A DNA stretch of 64,000 bases from Adineta vaga (taxonomy: Eukaryota > Animalia > Rotifera), in NCBI GenBank assembly GCA_021613535.1, contig CP075494.1:1860001-1924000 (forward strand), read 5' to 3'. Each line of letters starts with the position of its first letter. Positions within the stretch are counted from its first letter, which is position 1. This document shows, one piece after another, positions 62,901 to 64,000 of the stretch. The translations under genes and the position numbers were made by a program. The notes beneath the pieces were generated by a model that searched no databases, was not told where the DNA came from, and saw only the letters and a list, made by a program, of their open reading frames with translations.

Positions 62901-64000
62901 CTGACATTGTTTAATAAAAAGAATTTCTGAATTCGATTATTAAAGTAATCGGTGACAAATATATTTCCGTAGGTATCAAAGTGAAGAGAAGTTGGATCAT
63001 TCAATTGATTTGATGCTGAACCTTCAGATCCACTACATCCAACTATACAACGAAAACCATTAGGTCCTGATCCGACAATACGGTCATTTAGAGTATCCGC
63101 AATAAAAAGATACTTGTCCGCATCGAAAGTAATACCCACTGGACCATTGAGTGCGATTGTAACATTTATGGAAGTGTTGCCTGCAGCTGTAATTGCATCA
63201 AGGTGTCCGGATCGAAAAAGTTGAATGCGATGATTCCAGCGATCTGCTACATATAAATCAAGATTGATATCAACATAGACTGCCCACGGTTCATTAAGCA
63301 TATTTGATGAATGTCCACTACATCCAGTACCTGCAACGACTACCGTCGTATTTGAATTGCTATTCAATGATTTTGCAATAACTTGATGTTGATTCTGCAT
63401 TGCACAATAAATAGTATTATTAATGTCCACAAACAAATCAATACAAAAGCCGTTAACAAACATAACAGGAACGCTAGTATTTGTTGATAATGACCATTTA
63501 GTTACTCGAGCATTTGGCATTCCATTATTAATAAAAATATCACCATTTGCTGTAACGAAAATCGTGTGTAAGTTGGTGAAACCACCGAAAATTGTTTGTG
63601 TTGGATTAACACTATTATTCAGCCATATCTGAATTTGACCGTTTGATCGATTAGGAACATAGATTGTGTTGTCAGTTGCGATAAACATGCCGAGAGGATT
63701 TGTTCCAATTGTAGTACTAGTAGCAAATGTAATTGCATTAGCGCTCCATGTCGCATATGCATTCAATTTCGGTTGACTGTACGAAACCGCTAGACAAAGA
63801 AAATAAGTTATTTGAAAAAAACAGCCACTTCATATAGTTTAGAAAATAGCTAGATTTACCTGTCTGTGATGGAGGTATTGTGACGGCATTTGATTGAGTA
63901 GTTATTGTAGTTGATGTTAAAGTTGTATCTATGAAAAATTCAAAAAATGTGATTCTTTCCATCAGAAAACTTATTCTTCTAGTGTACACTTACCACATGA
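56990..64000 (-). pseudogene. Polycystin-1-like gene (at least 2 NHL propellers, REJ, GAIN/GPS, partial PLAT/TM). Internally deleted, 3' part lost, 5' end outside the window
   Basis: Two NHL exons (62891-63766, 61938-62867); REJ-like LDPGSYSVDP and NQPPSNGSCSINP; GPS GCYY..W.SDG..CYSTHLTTFA. The PLAT start YEILVFTG runs directly into LFISMFLNIMYY, and there is a stop in RAQQ* at 57083. Confidence 0.85.

Noticed and set aside
1-64000. Bacterial origin or contamination; rRNA and tRNA genes
   Set aside because: Phase-consistent spliceosomal introns and metazoan gene families occur throughout. No rRNA or tRNA-like sequence was recognised by eye.

Overview
AT-rich eukaryotic DNA with short spliceosomal introns. 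The gene families present (ART-TPR/NHL, orphan rhodopsin-like GPCRs, NHL-REJ-GPS polycystin-like genes, kelch and FG-GAP surface proteins) and the TGTGGG/TGAGGG telomere-type motifs point to a bdelloid rotifer; this is inference from family content, not a database result. The window is an accessory region rich in transposons and pseudogenes. Notable genes: (1) a single-pass protein with an ADP-ribosyltransferase domain and an NHL propeller on opposite sides of the membrane; (2) a ~1345-aa protein built of three 2-TM Cys-rich units; (3) a GMC oxidoreductase/PNK3P/SRPBCC fusion; (4) a DEAH helicase fused to a microbial-type PARG domain and two PBZ-like fingers. Also present are neprilysin, two GPCRs, kelch, Apple, LRR, EEP and FG-GAP genes, and hAT, piggyBac-type, pogo-type and MULE elements. 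The most striking unexplained pattern is about 20 dispersed 50-120 bp fold-back elements with consensus ATCTTGAGGG(TGTGGG)n-spacer-(CCCACA)nCCCTCAAGAT. They are telomere-type repeats in head-to-head orientation, four share a spacer, and several sit exactly at gene-truncation junctions. All coordinates were read by eye and may be off by a few bases.
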